NCBI GenBank assembly: GCA_050251055.1
Contig: JBFWNL010000005.1
Coordinates: 64,001-128,000, forward strand
Reading direction: 5' to 3'
Source: Bacteriovoracia bacterium
GTDB taxonomy: Bacteria; Bdellovibrionota; UBA1018; JBFWNL01
DNA: 64,000 nt
The translations under genes and the position numbers were made by a program. Below the pieces are notes generated by a model that searched no databases, had not been told where the DNA came from, and saw only the letters and a list, made by a program, of their open reading frames with translations. Positions 8,840 to 18,113 of this stretch are shown piece after piece (position 1 is the first letter of the stretch; each line of letters begins with the position of its first letter).

Positions 8840-11785
8840 TCAGGGCTGGGCGGCCCGCTCCAAGTTAAACTCTCGGCTGTTCAGGGGAAATTTCACGACC
8901 TTGGCCTTTACGATTGGTTTTTCCAATACCCGCAGGCCGGCGACGTTGGCAGCAATTTTATTGCCGATGAATGGTCGGATCTGCAGGAGCGCGAGCTTAT
9001 CCTCCACCATCGCCCACTCCATATCCCACTTCAGGTTCTTGGCGTTCGGGTAGCTGCGGGTCAGGTGGCGCTGGATTTGGTCGCCGACGGAAGCAAGTTG
9101 CTTGGCGTGCTCGTCCGGGATGATGGGATCGAGCCCCTGGACGGGCTGTTCGGCGAACCCGCCTTCGGGCAACAGCACCTTGCGGGTTGGGGCATATGCC
9201 TTGCGGACACGGTTTACCGTGCCCGCTTTGCGGGAAACGATGACTTCCTCGGGATTGTACTCGCCGTTCACGACGGTGATGCCCACGCCTTCATTGGCGG
9301 CGATGATTACCTCGTCGTCGAAGTCCTCAGTGGTCGTGCTACCGACGACCATAACCCCGGCCTTGGTTCCGTTGATTCCGATCTGGATCACCACGGAGGG
9401 ATACACGTCCCACGGGTTCTCGATGAGGTCTTGACGCCACGTGAGCGCTTTTTTTGTGAACGGCGAAGCCCAGACTTGCAGGATCGCCTTGATGACATTC
9501 TCCAGACCCACGACGTTCGGAATGGTTTCATTGAGACCCGCGCCTACGAATTGCGGCAGGTCCTCCGCGTTCGTGTCGCTACGCACGAAGACACCGTGCC
9601 CGGAATAAGGCGCCTTCAGCAGGAAGTTGGCGAGGGTTTTGATGATCTCCGGTTTGAGTTGGACTTTGGTCTTGATGAGTTCGCGGATGCGGTCGAGAGC
9701 GGCGGACTTCTTCGCCATGGCATCATCACTCCGGTCGTTGGCATCGAAACTCTTGAACATTGCCTCGATCTGGGCTTGTACGCCGGATTCGCGCATGTGC
9801 TCGTAGTAGACACCGAAGGGAAGCACGATCCCGTAAGGAACGTGGTTCGGGAAAACATGGGCCAATTCCCCTTGTCCGCAGGCCTTGCCGCCGGCGACGA
9901 TTCCGCGATCGGCCATGCGCAGCTGCTCGATTCGAAGCGGCGCCCGATACTCGTAAAGACCGGCGGGAACGGGCAAGCGCATGCGCTTTTCTTCGCGAAC
10001 CTGGTTGTAGCTTTTCCACACCTTGATTTCATCGGCCGTCGCGTTTGCGAACGCTTTAATCTCCACCTGGCCGTTGGGCAGGGAGATCAGCAGCACGTCC
10101 TGACCTGCCATTGGCTCCAAGCGGGCGACCAATGAGGGAGTGATGACGACATTTGGGATGCCGTGATTGCTGGCCAGGAGTTGCACGTGCGAGATAGTGC
10201 TGCCGGAATCGGTGGTGAGCAGACCCGCTACTTTGCTTAAGGAAGCCGGAGTCTTCGTCAGTACGTAAATGCGATCGGGGTGCCAGTTGTAGTTTTCATC
10301 TTGGGTTTGCTCGGCGGTCGGGATTACCAAGGTTCCGCGGGCGATGCCGGGATTCAACATGCGGTAGGCCGCGCCGATTTCCACGCCGTTTAGGATAATG
10401 CGGCTGCCGCTGTGATTCTGGAGGACGGTGTGCATTTGCGCCAAAAGATTGGTCAAGGGGATCAGGATCGTCCCTCGCACCGTGTCGTCGATAAAGCGAT
10501 CCGCCTGCGGTACGTACTCTTTGTAGCGCGCGAGGATCGGATTGTACATTTGGCGAAGGTTCTTCACGCCGTCTTGGGTGGCGGCTTCGAGTTTTTCGAT
10601 CAGAGCCAAGGCTTCTTCCACGCCGACGAGGTCTCCGGACTTGGGTTTTTCCCCCCAAGTGAACACCCGAAGGGTTTCCGGCTTGAGGAAACCAATCGAA
10701 ATTGCGGCCTTGGTCAGCGACTCGGTGATTACCCGCAAATCACCTAGCGACAGGGTGCCCTGGCTCTCCTGTAAGCGGCCGAGGTAGGAATTGGCGAGGG
10801 AGAAGATCGCCGTTTGCAGTTGGCGCAGCAGGTCCATCTGCTCGATGGAGCAATCGACCACGTAATCGATCACGCAGCCCTGGGCCCGCACCGTGCGCGC
10901 CTGGCTCGAAGCCTTCATGGCCGCATCCGCTAGGGCAGTGAGCGCGGAATTGATCTCGTCCGCGCGGGAGTTCAAGTCGGAGGCCTTGACTTTGCCGGCA
11001 AGAAATCCTGCCTGTACTTTGTATGCGGCGAATGCGGCCTTGGTAGCTGCGTCGAGCTGGAAGCGCGCGACGTACCGATCCGCGCTGCCGCCGCCGAAGA
11101 GCGCCTCAAGCTGCTCCAGGATCTCTTGGGCCGCCTGGATCACTTCCGCTCGCGCACCCTTCGCCTTTTGTTCGCTGATAAAACGCTTGGTCTGCTCGAT
11201 GGTGAGCAGTGATGGCTGCTGGTGAATCTCGTAACGGGTGCTGAGGAATGCGGGCTCGACCTTCGCGAGCGCGTGCGCAAGTATACGCACGGTGTTCACC
11301 GGCCCGGAATCCGCGTTGTGGAAGATGGTTCCGGCGAACAAGTACGCCGTGAGCAGGCGGTCGTCCGGCAGCGGGCTGCCGTCATGGCTCGATATGCTCT
11401 GATTCATGACAGAGCCTGTCGTGATGGCGTCGTATTCAGAATGCTGGTACGCCCACCGGCCGGCGAGCCAAGGCAGACCCCAGTCTTCTTGTTTGCGCAG
11501 GTACTCCTGGACGATCATTTCTCGGGGTTCCTTATGCCCGGCCATCTCGATGAGCGTGTCGTACGCGGGAAAACCCTGGGCCCGAAACTCGTCGATACCT
11601 TTTTGGATCTCCGGCGGCGTTCCCCACTTCGGATCCGACGGGTTGCGTTTGAGGGGTTCACGCTTGTAAGCGGCGATGAGCTTTTTATTCCACTCGATTT
11701 CCTTCGGTCCCGCCCAAGACGCGGTCGGTCCGAAGGCCGTGGCCATCATCAAACTCGCGGCGATGAAGCGTTCCCGAAAAAGCAT
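8840..11785 (-). CDS. Secreted PEP/pyruvate-binding (ATP-grasp) dikinase-like protein, paralog A
   Basis: Signal peptide (..AFGPTASWA); same His and ATP-grasp motifs as 4299..7211; alignable along its whole length. Confidence 0.85.
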   Translation of the reverse strand: MLFRERFIAASLMMATAFGPTASWAGPKEIEWNKKLIAAYKREPLKRNPSDPKWGTPPEIQKGIDEFRAQGFPAYDTLIEMAGHKEPREMIVQEYLRKQEDWGLPWLAGRWAYQHSEYDAITTGSVMNQSISSHDGSPLPDDRLLTAYLFAGTIFHNADSGPVNTVRILAHALAKVEPAFLSTRYEIHQQPSLLTIEQTKRFISEQKAKGARAEVIQAAQEILEQLEALFGGGSADRYVARFQLDAATKAAFAAYKVQAGFLAGKVKASDLNSRADEINSALTALADAAMKASSQARTVRAQGCVIDYVVDCSIEQMDLLRQLQTAIFSLANSYLGRLQESQGTLSLGDLRVITESLTKAAISIGFLKPETLRVFTWGEKPKSGDLVGVEEALALIEKLEAATQDGVKNLRQMYNPILARYKEYVPQADRFIDDTVRGTILIPLTNLLAQMHTVLQNHSGSRIILNGVEIGAAYRMLNPGIARGTLVIPTAEQTQDENYNWHPDRIYVLTKTPASLSKVAGLLTTDSGSTISHVQLLASNHGIPNVVITPSLVARLEPMAGQDVLLISLPNGQVEIKAFANATADEIKVWKSYNQVREEKRMRLPVPAGLYEYRAPLRIEQLRMADRGIVAGGKACGQGELAHVFPNHVPYGIVLPFGVYYEHMRESGVQAQIEAMFKSFDANDRSDDAMAKKSAALDRIRELIKTKVQLKPEIIKTLANFLLKAPYSGHGVFVRSDTNAEDLPQFVGAGLNETIPNVVGLENVIKAILQVWASPFTKKALTWRQDLIENPWDVYPSVVIQIGINGTKAGVMVVGSTTTEDFDDEVIIAANEGVGITVVNGEYNPEEVIVSRKAGTVNRVRKAYAPTRKVLLPEGGFAEQPVQGLDPIIPDEHAKQLASVGDQIQRHLTRSYPNAKNLKWDMEWAMVEDKLALLQIRPFIGNKIAANVAGLRVLEKPIVKAKVVKFPLNSREFNLERAAQP

Positions 11786-11787
11786 GA

Positions 11788-13995
11788 TTACTTTACGTCC
11801 TCCGCTTCGTGGGCGCCGGCGGGTGCCTCACGCCGTTTCAACTTGAATTGCGTGGTCATTTGATCCACCAGGCTGCACCAGTTCTCGGAATAGAGGCTAC
11901 CCGGCGGGTAATCCTTCACGCTGAAAGCGGGCGAGGGGTCCCCGTAGATCGGCTCGTAGGAGGTTTCTCGCGTCGGCGAGTATCCCTTCGGACACTCTTC
12001 CTTCTCATCGGCGCGATCGAGGACGCCTTCGGTGCTCGTCACGCACACGGTTCGCTGAGTATCCGACTTCACGCGCAGATGCTTGAAAAGGACCCGCATG
12101 TTTGGGTACTGGGATTTTTCTTTTTTCAGTTCGGCTTCGCGGCGCTGGTAGGCGCCTTCGCATAGGGCTTCGTCCGTTGCCTTGGATCCCGGCGATGCCC
12201 AAGCTTTCACGATCACTTGCTGGTCTTGCCCGTATGTCGACGTGCTCGTAAGCCAGGTGCGCGTGTCGGCCACGCATTCCAGCTCTCGCCACAATTGTTC
12301 CTCGAAAAGCTCGGCGCACTTGCCGCCTTCGTTCAGGAAGTAGGCCTTGTTGTCCTTCATGTAGCGCTCGCACTTGTACTTGTGCGCGGGCTTTTGGCCG
12401 ATGATGCGGGTTACGTTCGTTTGGTGCACTCCCAGGTACGGGACATCCAAGAGCTTCGCAGCCGTGCCTTCCTTCTCGGGCGTTTCGCCCACGAAGCCTA
12501 AGATGCAGGCGCCCGTAGGATCGAGGCTATTGCGCACGCGCGCGGCTTTTTCCTCGCCACCGTAGCCGTTGCCCATCACCTCGAGCGGGATAAAGTTTTT
12601 CTCGCACGCCAGGTTCTGGCGCTGGAGATCGGCGTACGCGCTCGTGCCGGTCGTCGAGACGAGGAAAATAGTCACGTCGTTGGCGATCACGAAGTCTTCA
12701 AAGCACTGCTTGTTTTCCGGCGTCCGCCAAGCATCTAGCGTGCCATGCATGTCCGCCAGCAGCACCGGATGCTGGCATTTGTAATCGTACGAGGTCCCGC
12801 CGATGAAGACGGGGGGTTGCCCGACGCGCTCGTCCTTTATTAGTTCGCCATTTTTCAAAAACCCGATCCGCGCGCGCTCCAAAGGATGTGTTTTGTCAAG
12901 GCTCTGAAATTGAGCGAGGGTGAGTTTTTTCTTGCTGACGTAACCCGTCCCGACGGCCCCGAGGTCCAGGTGGGTGCCGTCTTCGAAGACTAGGGCTAAG
13001 GAGACTTCGCTGGCCCGTGCGCCCGCGGGGAGCGAGAATTCTAGCTCCAGCTGGCGGGGAGAAATGATCTGGCCAGCTGGACCGACCGGAGAACTCACGC
13101 CCGAGGTGCCGCTGCTGGAATAGCCAGAACCCGTGACGACCCGAGGGGCGGACGAGCCACCGCCGTAGGTGCCGCTGCCCGAACCGGAAGGAATTACGAT
13201 CGCGGTGGAGCTGCGGTCCGTGGAACTCGAGGAGTTCGAGTAATAGTAAGTTCGATGGCTACGTTCGTAGGTCGTGGTCGTCTGCTTGCCGCCTTTGGCG
13301 AGGACCAGGGCGCGCACGGGGCCCTGTACATCGCTCGTGAGTTGGATCCGGATATCTTCGGCGTAATCGACGACACAGCGGACGGTAGCGCCACTATCCC
13401 AAGTGCTTTTACAGATCTTGTCCAGGGTCACATCGGCGAGCGCGAACTGGTAATGTCCCCCGCACTGCGCGGGTTTTCCGTCGGGTCCTAAGACCCACTC
13501 GTTGCGGTTTCCGGTCATCCCGACCGCGCCGATCGCGTCGACTCCGGCGTGATTATAGTCCGTTACGTCAACGCTTGAGCCACCACCGGTGTGTCCGACG
13601 TTCGCCTGCGGCTGACCTGGCTTGAACTCGAGTTTGTCGCCTTCCAGGGTATAGGACTTGTTTTGCCCGAGGTTGGACCCCGCCGTCAGCCACTCCGCCT
13701 GGGTAGGGATGCGCTTGCCCTGAGCCGCGCAGTATTGCACGGCAGTTTCATATTCCAGCCGCGGGGGATTGATCCCAGAACGTCCGGTCGGTACGTTGGC
13801 TTCTGGAAGCACGTACGCTAGCTCGCTGATGCTGGCCTCGAAGATATCCATATAGAAGGAGGCTTCGGGAGCGTTCACGAAAGTCATGTCTTGGAAGGAT
13901 TTGGGGGGTGACTGGGGAGTCACTTGACCGACCAAAGTTACGGGTAACAAGGTCCCAAAAAATTTAGCGATGACACTATGCATCCGCTCCCTCAA
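11788..13995 (-). CDS. Multidomain protein: FGE-fold domain, Ser/Gly linker, degenerate HAD-like domain, Cys-rich C-terminus
   Basis: FYMDIFE, YCAAQGKRIPTQAEW, MTGNRNEWV; LLADMHGTLD and GFVGETPEKE resemble HAD motifs I and IV. Confidence 0.7.
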   Translation of the reverse strand: MRERMHSVIAKFFGTLLPVTLVGQVTPQSPPKSFQDMTFVNAPEASFYMDIFEASISELAYVLPEANVPTGRSGINPPRLEYETAVQYCAAQGKRIPTQAEWLTAGSNLGQNKSYTLEGDKLEFKPGQPQANVGHTGGGSSVDVTDYNHAGVDAIGAVGMTGNRNEWVLGPDGKPAQCGGHYQFALADVTLDKICKSTWDSGATVRCVVDYAEDIRIQLTSDVQGPVRALVLAKGGKQTTTTYERSHRTYYYSNSSSSTDRSSTAIVIPSGSGSGTYGGGSSAPRVVTGSGYSSSGTSGVSSPVGPAGQIISPRQLELEFSLPAGARASEVSLALVFEDGTHLDLGAVGTGYVSKKKLTLAQFQSLDKTHPLERARIGFLKNGELIKDERVGQPPVFIGGTSYDYKCQHPVLLADMHGTLDAWRTPENKQCFEDFVIANDVTIFLVSTTGTSAYADLQRQNLACEKNFIPLEVMGNGYGGEEKAARVRNSLDPTGACILGFVGETPEKEGTAAKLLDVPYLGVHQTNVTRIIGQKPAHKYKCERYMKDNKAYFLNEGGKCAELFEEQLWRELECVADTRTWLTSTSTYGQDQQVIVKAWASPGSKATDEALCEGAYQRREAELKKEKSQYPNMRVLFKHLRVKSDTQRTVCVTSTEGVLDRADEKEECPKGYSPTRETSYEPIYGDPSPAFSVKDYPPGSLYSENWCSLVDQMTTQFKLKRREAPAGAHEAEDVK

Positions 13996-14219
13996 TCGTA
14001 TTTAAATTTGATTAAACTCTCTCTAACTCGCTGCGTTGTACCCATGGATAACGCATGCAGTCAAGATGGAAACTCCTTTTCATTTGAGTGGTCTGGTTGA
14101 TTTTTTTGACACACTGCGTGAACTATGATTTAAGGGCGCCGGACTCAATTTTACTCAGTTATTTGGCAGCTTTTGCCACCAGTTTGCCGCTGGCTTGAGA
14201 GACGGATTGGAGAGAAAAG

Positions 14220-17078
14220 GTGACCTCAAATATCGCACGTCTATTGGTGTTTGGTTTGGCCTTACAGGGACTCGGTTGCGCGTTCAAGTCGGCTCCGGAG
14301 AGCGCCACGCCGGCGGTTTCGCCTCCTGCCGTGAGCGAAAATTCAACGTTGTTTGATACTTTTTATGCCCAGGCCCTGCGGGACGCCCAGGCGAAACGCC
14401 CGATCCTTGAAAATCCGTATTCCCTGATTCCGCAGGCGGCTCCGTCATACTTCGATGCTCAATTCGCCGAGATTGCCAACGACACGCCTGGCGATCCGTT
14501 GGAACAAAAGGCGCTGATGGATAAGGCGATGGCGTTGGGCGCCCGCTTTGGGGAAATCGACGGTACGAGCGAAGGGGTGCGCATCGGCGTTCTGCACGCC
14601 CAGAAAAAGGCGGAGATCGCGGCGGCCAAAGGAATCTATGATCGCTTCTTCGCCGATCAAGACGGTCGCGCGCTTTTCGAGAAGATCAGTTCCACGGTCG
14701 CTACTTCTCCAAATCTCAAGACGCTCGTCACTAGCACCACGGGCGAACAGAAAGACTCCGCTGCCTATAAAGTGGGGTACTTGTTCGGCAAGCAGCATGG
14801 GGACGCCACTGGTCGCAACATGCAGGGCAAAGAAAAAGGGGCGGCTGACGCGCAGTCGGGCAAGGACGACGCCGTTCGTCGTCAAGCACGCAGCGTAGGT
14901 GAGCCGGCCGGCAAGGCCCGCGCCCTCAAGTCGTATCAAGACGACCGTGATTTCAAAAACGTGAGGCAGACGGCCGATGGGCGTAGGCCTCAGGCGAGCC
15001 CGCCGGTCCTTCCGCCGGATGCCGAGGTGACCAAGCCGGATTGGACGACCGTGAAGGGTTTCAACCCCAATCCCCGCCGTCCTTTCGGTAGCATCGAACT
15101 TGATAAGGCGTACTTCGACGCCTACGCAGCGGCTTTTCAAAGTTCTGCGGAGAAGTCCTACGTTAAGGCGTTGGCGGACGCGGTGCCAGCCTTAACCAAG
15201 AGCGTGGAGTTCTGGACCGCGAAGCACTACCAAAACGCCGGCTTGGCCGATCTCATCGGCAAAGATACCCTTGTTTTTGCGGGCTATTTGGACGCATACC
15301 TCGTGGCGAAAGATGCGGCATACCTCGAGGAAGTCAAAAAAGGATTCGAAAGCGCGATGGATGCGGCGATGACGGAGTCGCTGAATCGCATGACCGAGGA
15401 AGAAGAAAAGCGGGCCCACGATGCGGAGCTTCGGCGCCTCATGCGCGAGCCAGATGTCCGCTTCGAGAATATCGTGATGGAAGACGTCGATAGCGACGGT
15501 TTGCACGCTCCGGGAGGCAGCTTCGGAGTAGCGGTTCAACTGGCCAACTACGGCGAAGCCTTCGCGGCGGGCGATTACCAGCTCTCGATGAAGGATGTTG
15601 ATGGCGCTGAATTCACTTCCGATGGGCAGCTGGTGCGCGCGCTGCCGGCCGGGGAAAAACGAAGCCGAAACACCATCACGGGTATCTTTAAATTCAAGAT
15701 TTCTCCGAACGCGACGGTGTCCAAGCGTCATGCCTTTAGTTTCGAGTTGAAGGATAGAAAAGGGGTAGTGATCGCGAGCCGCAACGGTGAGCTCGCGGTG
15801 ACGTTCCCGTTCGAAATCGCGGAAACCGCGTTGCCCAAGAACCTGGTGGCGGGCAATGCCACCACCTTGGACTTTCGCGTGACGCGAACGGCGCGGACCG
15901 AAGCGAAGGGATTGCAGGTTACCTTGACCGAAACTACGGGGGATACCGTGATCGCGGTTCCGAGCGCGACCTTCGATTCCGCGGGCGGCGCGGTAACTTC
16001 CTTGCGGTTTGACGTGAAGGCCGGTCTTACCCGGCATTCCGACGAGCGGCAGTTTAAGTTGGAAATCCGCCAGGGCGCGCAGCTGGTGGGTCTAAAGGAA
16101 GTGAAGCTCGCCACCGTGCTTGATTACTTCCCCGATCCCAATGCGCGCATTTTAGTGCTCGCTTCATCGGCCGACGAGATCAAGCGGTATTACGGACTGG
16201 CTCAGCAAATGGGAATCTCCCTGTCGGTTTGGAATCTGACGCAAAACTCGACCTTGAGCGCCGAAGCTTGGCGCGCGTTCGTGGATCGCGGTATTTTCTA
16301 CCCTTCGCCACCGGATGTGACGGCTAAGGACATTTCTCGGCCTCAGCGCGACGCCGCCGTGAGCGTGTTCCAGCAGCTGGTGCGTGGATACCTGGGCGCC
16401 GGGGGTTGGCTCGTGTATGGCGATCAGGCGGGCTCTCCGCTGAAGACCTGGCTGGATCACGCGACGGGGCCTGAATTGAAGGAAACGAACGAAAAGGCCA
16501 AGGCCGCTCGCGGCCGTGCCTTTGCGCCTTCGGTGTTCGCGCCGTTTCCGTACGGCAACTTGCCCGAGATTTTCGAGGGCAACTATTTCGACGTCAACCG
16601 TCCGGAACTCGCCCAGTATCACATCGGCCGGGTTAAAGGGATGAGCGGTCTCACCGACGCGCAGCTGCAGAATATCATCAAGGACTTCCTAGTTGTTTCA
16701 GCTCCGATCGAGAAAAAAGTGCAACAGCTGGCCGCCGCCGCGAAGGCGCGTGACCAGGCGGGCGTCGATCGCTGGAAGACGGTTATCTTGCGTGAACTAA
16801 CGAAAGAGATGAACGACGACAAGCAAATGAACGGGCAGTGGAGCGTGTTCAACACCGAAAAACAGGAAGTTCAGTTTGACACTTCCAAGTTGCTGCTGGT
16901 TCGCTTCATGAACGCCTTTTCGCAAGTGAAAGACGTGGCGGAGCTTCGCGCCGTTTGCGATCTCTACAAGCCGCTGTACGACGCCGCGGGTAAGCTCGGC
17001 GGCACGGCCAGCCGCAAGCAGAAGGTACGCGCGCTGATCAAGCCTTTGGAAGACGCCCAAAAGAAGTTGTCCAAGTAA
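14220..17078 (+). CDS. Large hypothetical lipoprotein
   Basis: 952-aa ORF, lipobox-like LQGLGC; helical N-terminal half, beta-rich middle, alpha/beta C-terminal part. Confidence 0.75.
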   Translation: MTSNIARLLVFGLALQGLGCAFKSAPESATPAVSPPAVSENSTLFDTFYAQALRDAQAKRPILENPYSLIPQAAPSYFDAQFAEIANDTPGDPLEQKALMDKAMALGARFGEIDGTSEGVRIGVLHAQKKAEIAAAKGIYDRFFADQDGRALFEKISSTVATSPNLKTLVTSTTGEQKDSAAYKVGYLFGKQHGDATGRNMQGKEKGAADAQSGKDDAVRRQARSVGEPAGKARALKSYQDDRDFKNVRQTADGRRPQASPPVLPPDAEVTKPDWTTVKGFNPNPRRPFGSIELDKAYFDAYAAAFQSSAEKSYVKALADAVPALTKSVEFWTAKHYQNAGLADLIGKDTLVFAGYLDAYLVAKDAAYLEEVKKGFESAMDAAMTESLNRMTEEEEKRAHDAELRRLMREPDVRFENIVMEDVDSDGLHAPGGSFGVAVQLANYGEAFAAGDYQLSMKDVDGAEFTSDGQLVRALPAGEKRSRNTITGIFKFKISPNATVSKRHAFSFELKDRKGVVIASRNGELAVTFPFEIAETALPKNLVAGNATTLDFRVTRTARTEAKGLQVTLTETTGDTVIAVPSATFDSAGGAVTSLRFDVKAGLTRHSDERQFKLEIRQGAQLVGLKEVKLATVLDYFPDPNARILVLASSADEIKRYYGLAQQMGISLSVWNLTQNSTLSAEAWRAFVDRGIFYPSPPDVTAKDISRPQRDAAVSVFQQLVRGYLGAGGWLVYGDQAGSPLKTWLDHATGPELKETNEKAKAARGRAFAPSVFAPFPYGNLPEIFEGNYFDVNRPELAQYHIGRVKGMSGLTDAQLQNIIKDFLVVSAPIEKKVQQLAAAAKARDQAGVDRWKTVILRELTKEMNDDKQMNGQWSVFNTEKQEVQFDTSKLLLVRFMNAFSQVKDVAELRAVCDLYKPLYDAAGKLGGTASRKQKVRALIKPLEDAQKKLSK

Positions 17079-17180
17079 CGGTGCTGTCTAGGGCTTAGAC
17101 AGCTGCCACAACCCTGTCCGACCCGGGCACTCGTGCGCGTGGCGAGCGAGGTCTGGCGCGAGTTTGGCGACGCCTTATCC

Positions 17181-17196
17181 TGGCATTCGCTTTGCT
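17181..17196 (+). promoter_or_regulatory. Sigma54-type -24/-12 promoter
   Basis: TGGCATTCGCTTTGCT (GG-N10-GC), 52 nt upstream of ATG 17249. Confidence 0.6.
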
Positions 17197-17248
17197 TAGT
17201 TCGACCCCGGTTGAACAACTGGAAATGGAAATGGAAGGCAAGAGTTGT

Positions 17249-18085
17249 ATGAAGCGTAATTGGGATGCATGGGCAATATTGGCGGGCATGGCCGTCATTG
17301 CGGGGTTGTTGATTCATTCGCTGTCGACGACTTCCAACCGCACCGCGGCTTTGCCGCAGAAAGAGTTTTCCGGAAGTTCCGCCGCGGGCGCGGAAGGCAA
17401 CGCCGTGGATTCTGCGCCTAACTCTTTTCAAGTTTCCTTTCGAGACCAGTGTCGCACGAAGGAGTGCGAAGCCATCATGGCGCGCGAGTTTGAAAAGTTC
17501 CAGGCCGCCAAGCAGGTCGATTCGCCTCGGCAGCTGGGCCCGGTTACGGGTAGCGGCCGCCCGGTTTCCTTCCCGGTGGTCCCGGCGATTCGTGAGTCCC
17601 AGCCCGGAGCGGTGGCGATTGCGCCATCCGCCCCTCATCACCAGATTCCCTTGGTCTTGCCGGCAGGCACGGACGAAGTCGCCAAGACCGAAGCGCGGGG
17701 AATCCTATCCATGGCTAAGGACCTCTACGTCTGGACTAAGAAAAAGATGGCCGGCACCCTTAAGGAAAGTTTGAAGGACGACGTCGACGAGATGGAAAAG
17801 TACGTCAAGAAGGGCGATAAATCCGGCGTAAAAGTCGAAATCAAGGGCGATGACCTTGAGGCCTTCATCGCTCGGCAAAGAGGCGCTGGCGGCGAAGCCA
17901 TCGATTCTGGCGACGACGCTACGGGCCTGCCCACGGCACGTTTACCTCTAGTGAAGCCCACCCGGGCCCCGGTCCGCCCAGTGGCTGAAAATGCCTATCA
18001 TAACGATGACATGGATCTCGATATGGCGGAAGACTTCTTCAAGGTTTCGGACCAACCCAAGGAAGCGCAAGAAGGCGGGAGCTGA
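17249..18085 (+). CDS. Hypothetical membrane-anchored protein
   Basis: N-terminal TM segment (WAILAGMAVIAGLLI); start placed downstream of the sigma54 site. Confidence 0.65.
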   Translation: MKRNWDAWAILAGMAVIAGLLIHSLSTTSNRTAALPQKEFSGSSAAGAEGNAVDSAPNSFQVSFRDQCRTKECEAIMAREFEKFQAAKQVDSPRQLGPVTGSGRPVSFPVVPAIRESQPGAVAIAPSAPHHQIPLVLPAGTDEVAKTEARGILSMAKDLYVWTKKKMAGTLKESLKDDVDEMEKYVKKGDKSGVKVEIKGDDLEAFIARQRGAGGEAIDSGDDATGLPTARLPLVKPTRAPVRPVAENAYHNDDMDLDMAEDFFKVSDQPKEAQEGGS

Positions 18086-18113
18086 GTCGTTCTCCTCAAT
18101 TAGGTAGATTGAC

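Noticed and set aside
9065-10135. Long antisense ORFs (also 2971..3987, 50599..51555, 47153..47977, 33373..34254)
   Set aside because: These are shadow frames of GC-rich coding genes with no recognisable motifs.
4299-11785. Annotation as ppsA/ppdK or rifampin phosphotransferase
   Set aside because: Domain order differs, there is no pyruvate-binding barrel, and signal peptides are present.
7930-13995. FGE-fold genes as diversity-generating retroelement targets
   Set aside because: No reverse transcriptase, and no template/variable repeat pair differing at adenines, was seen in the window.
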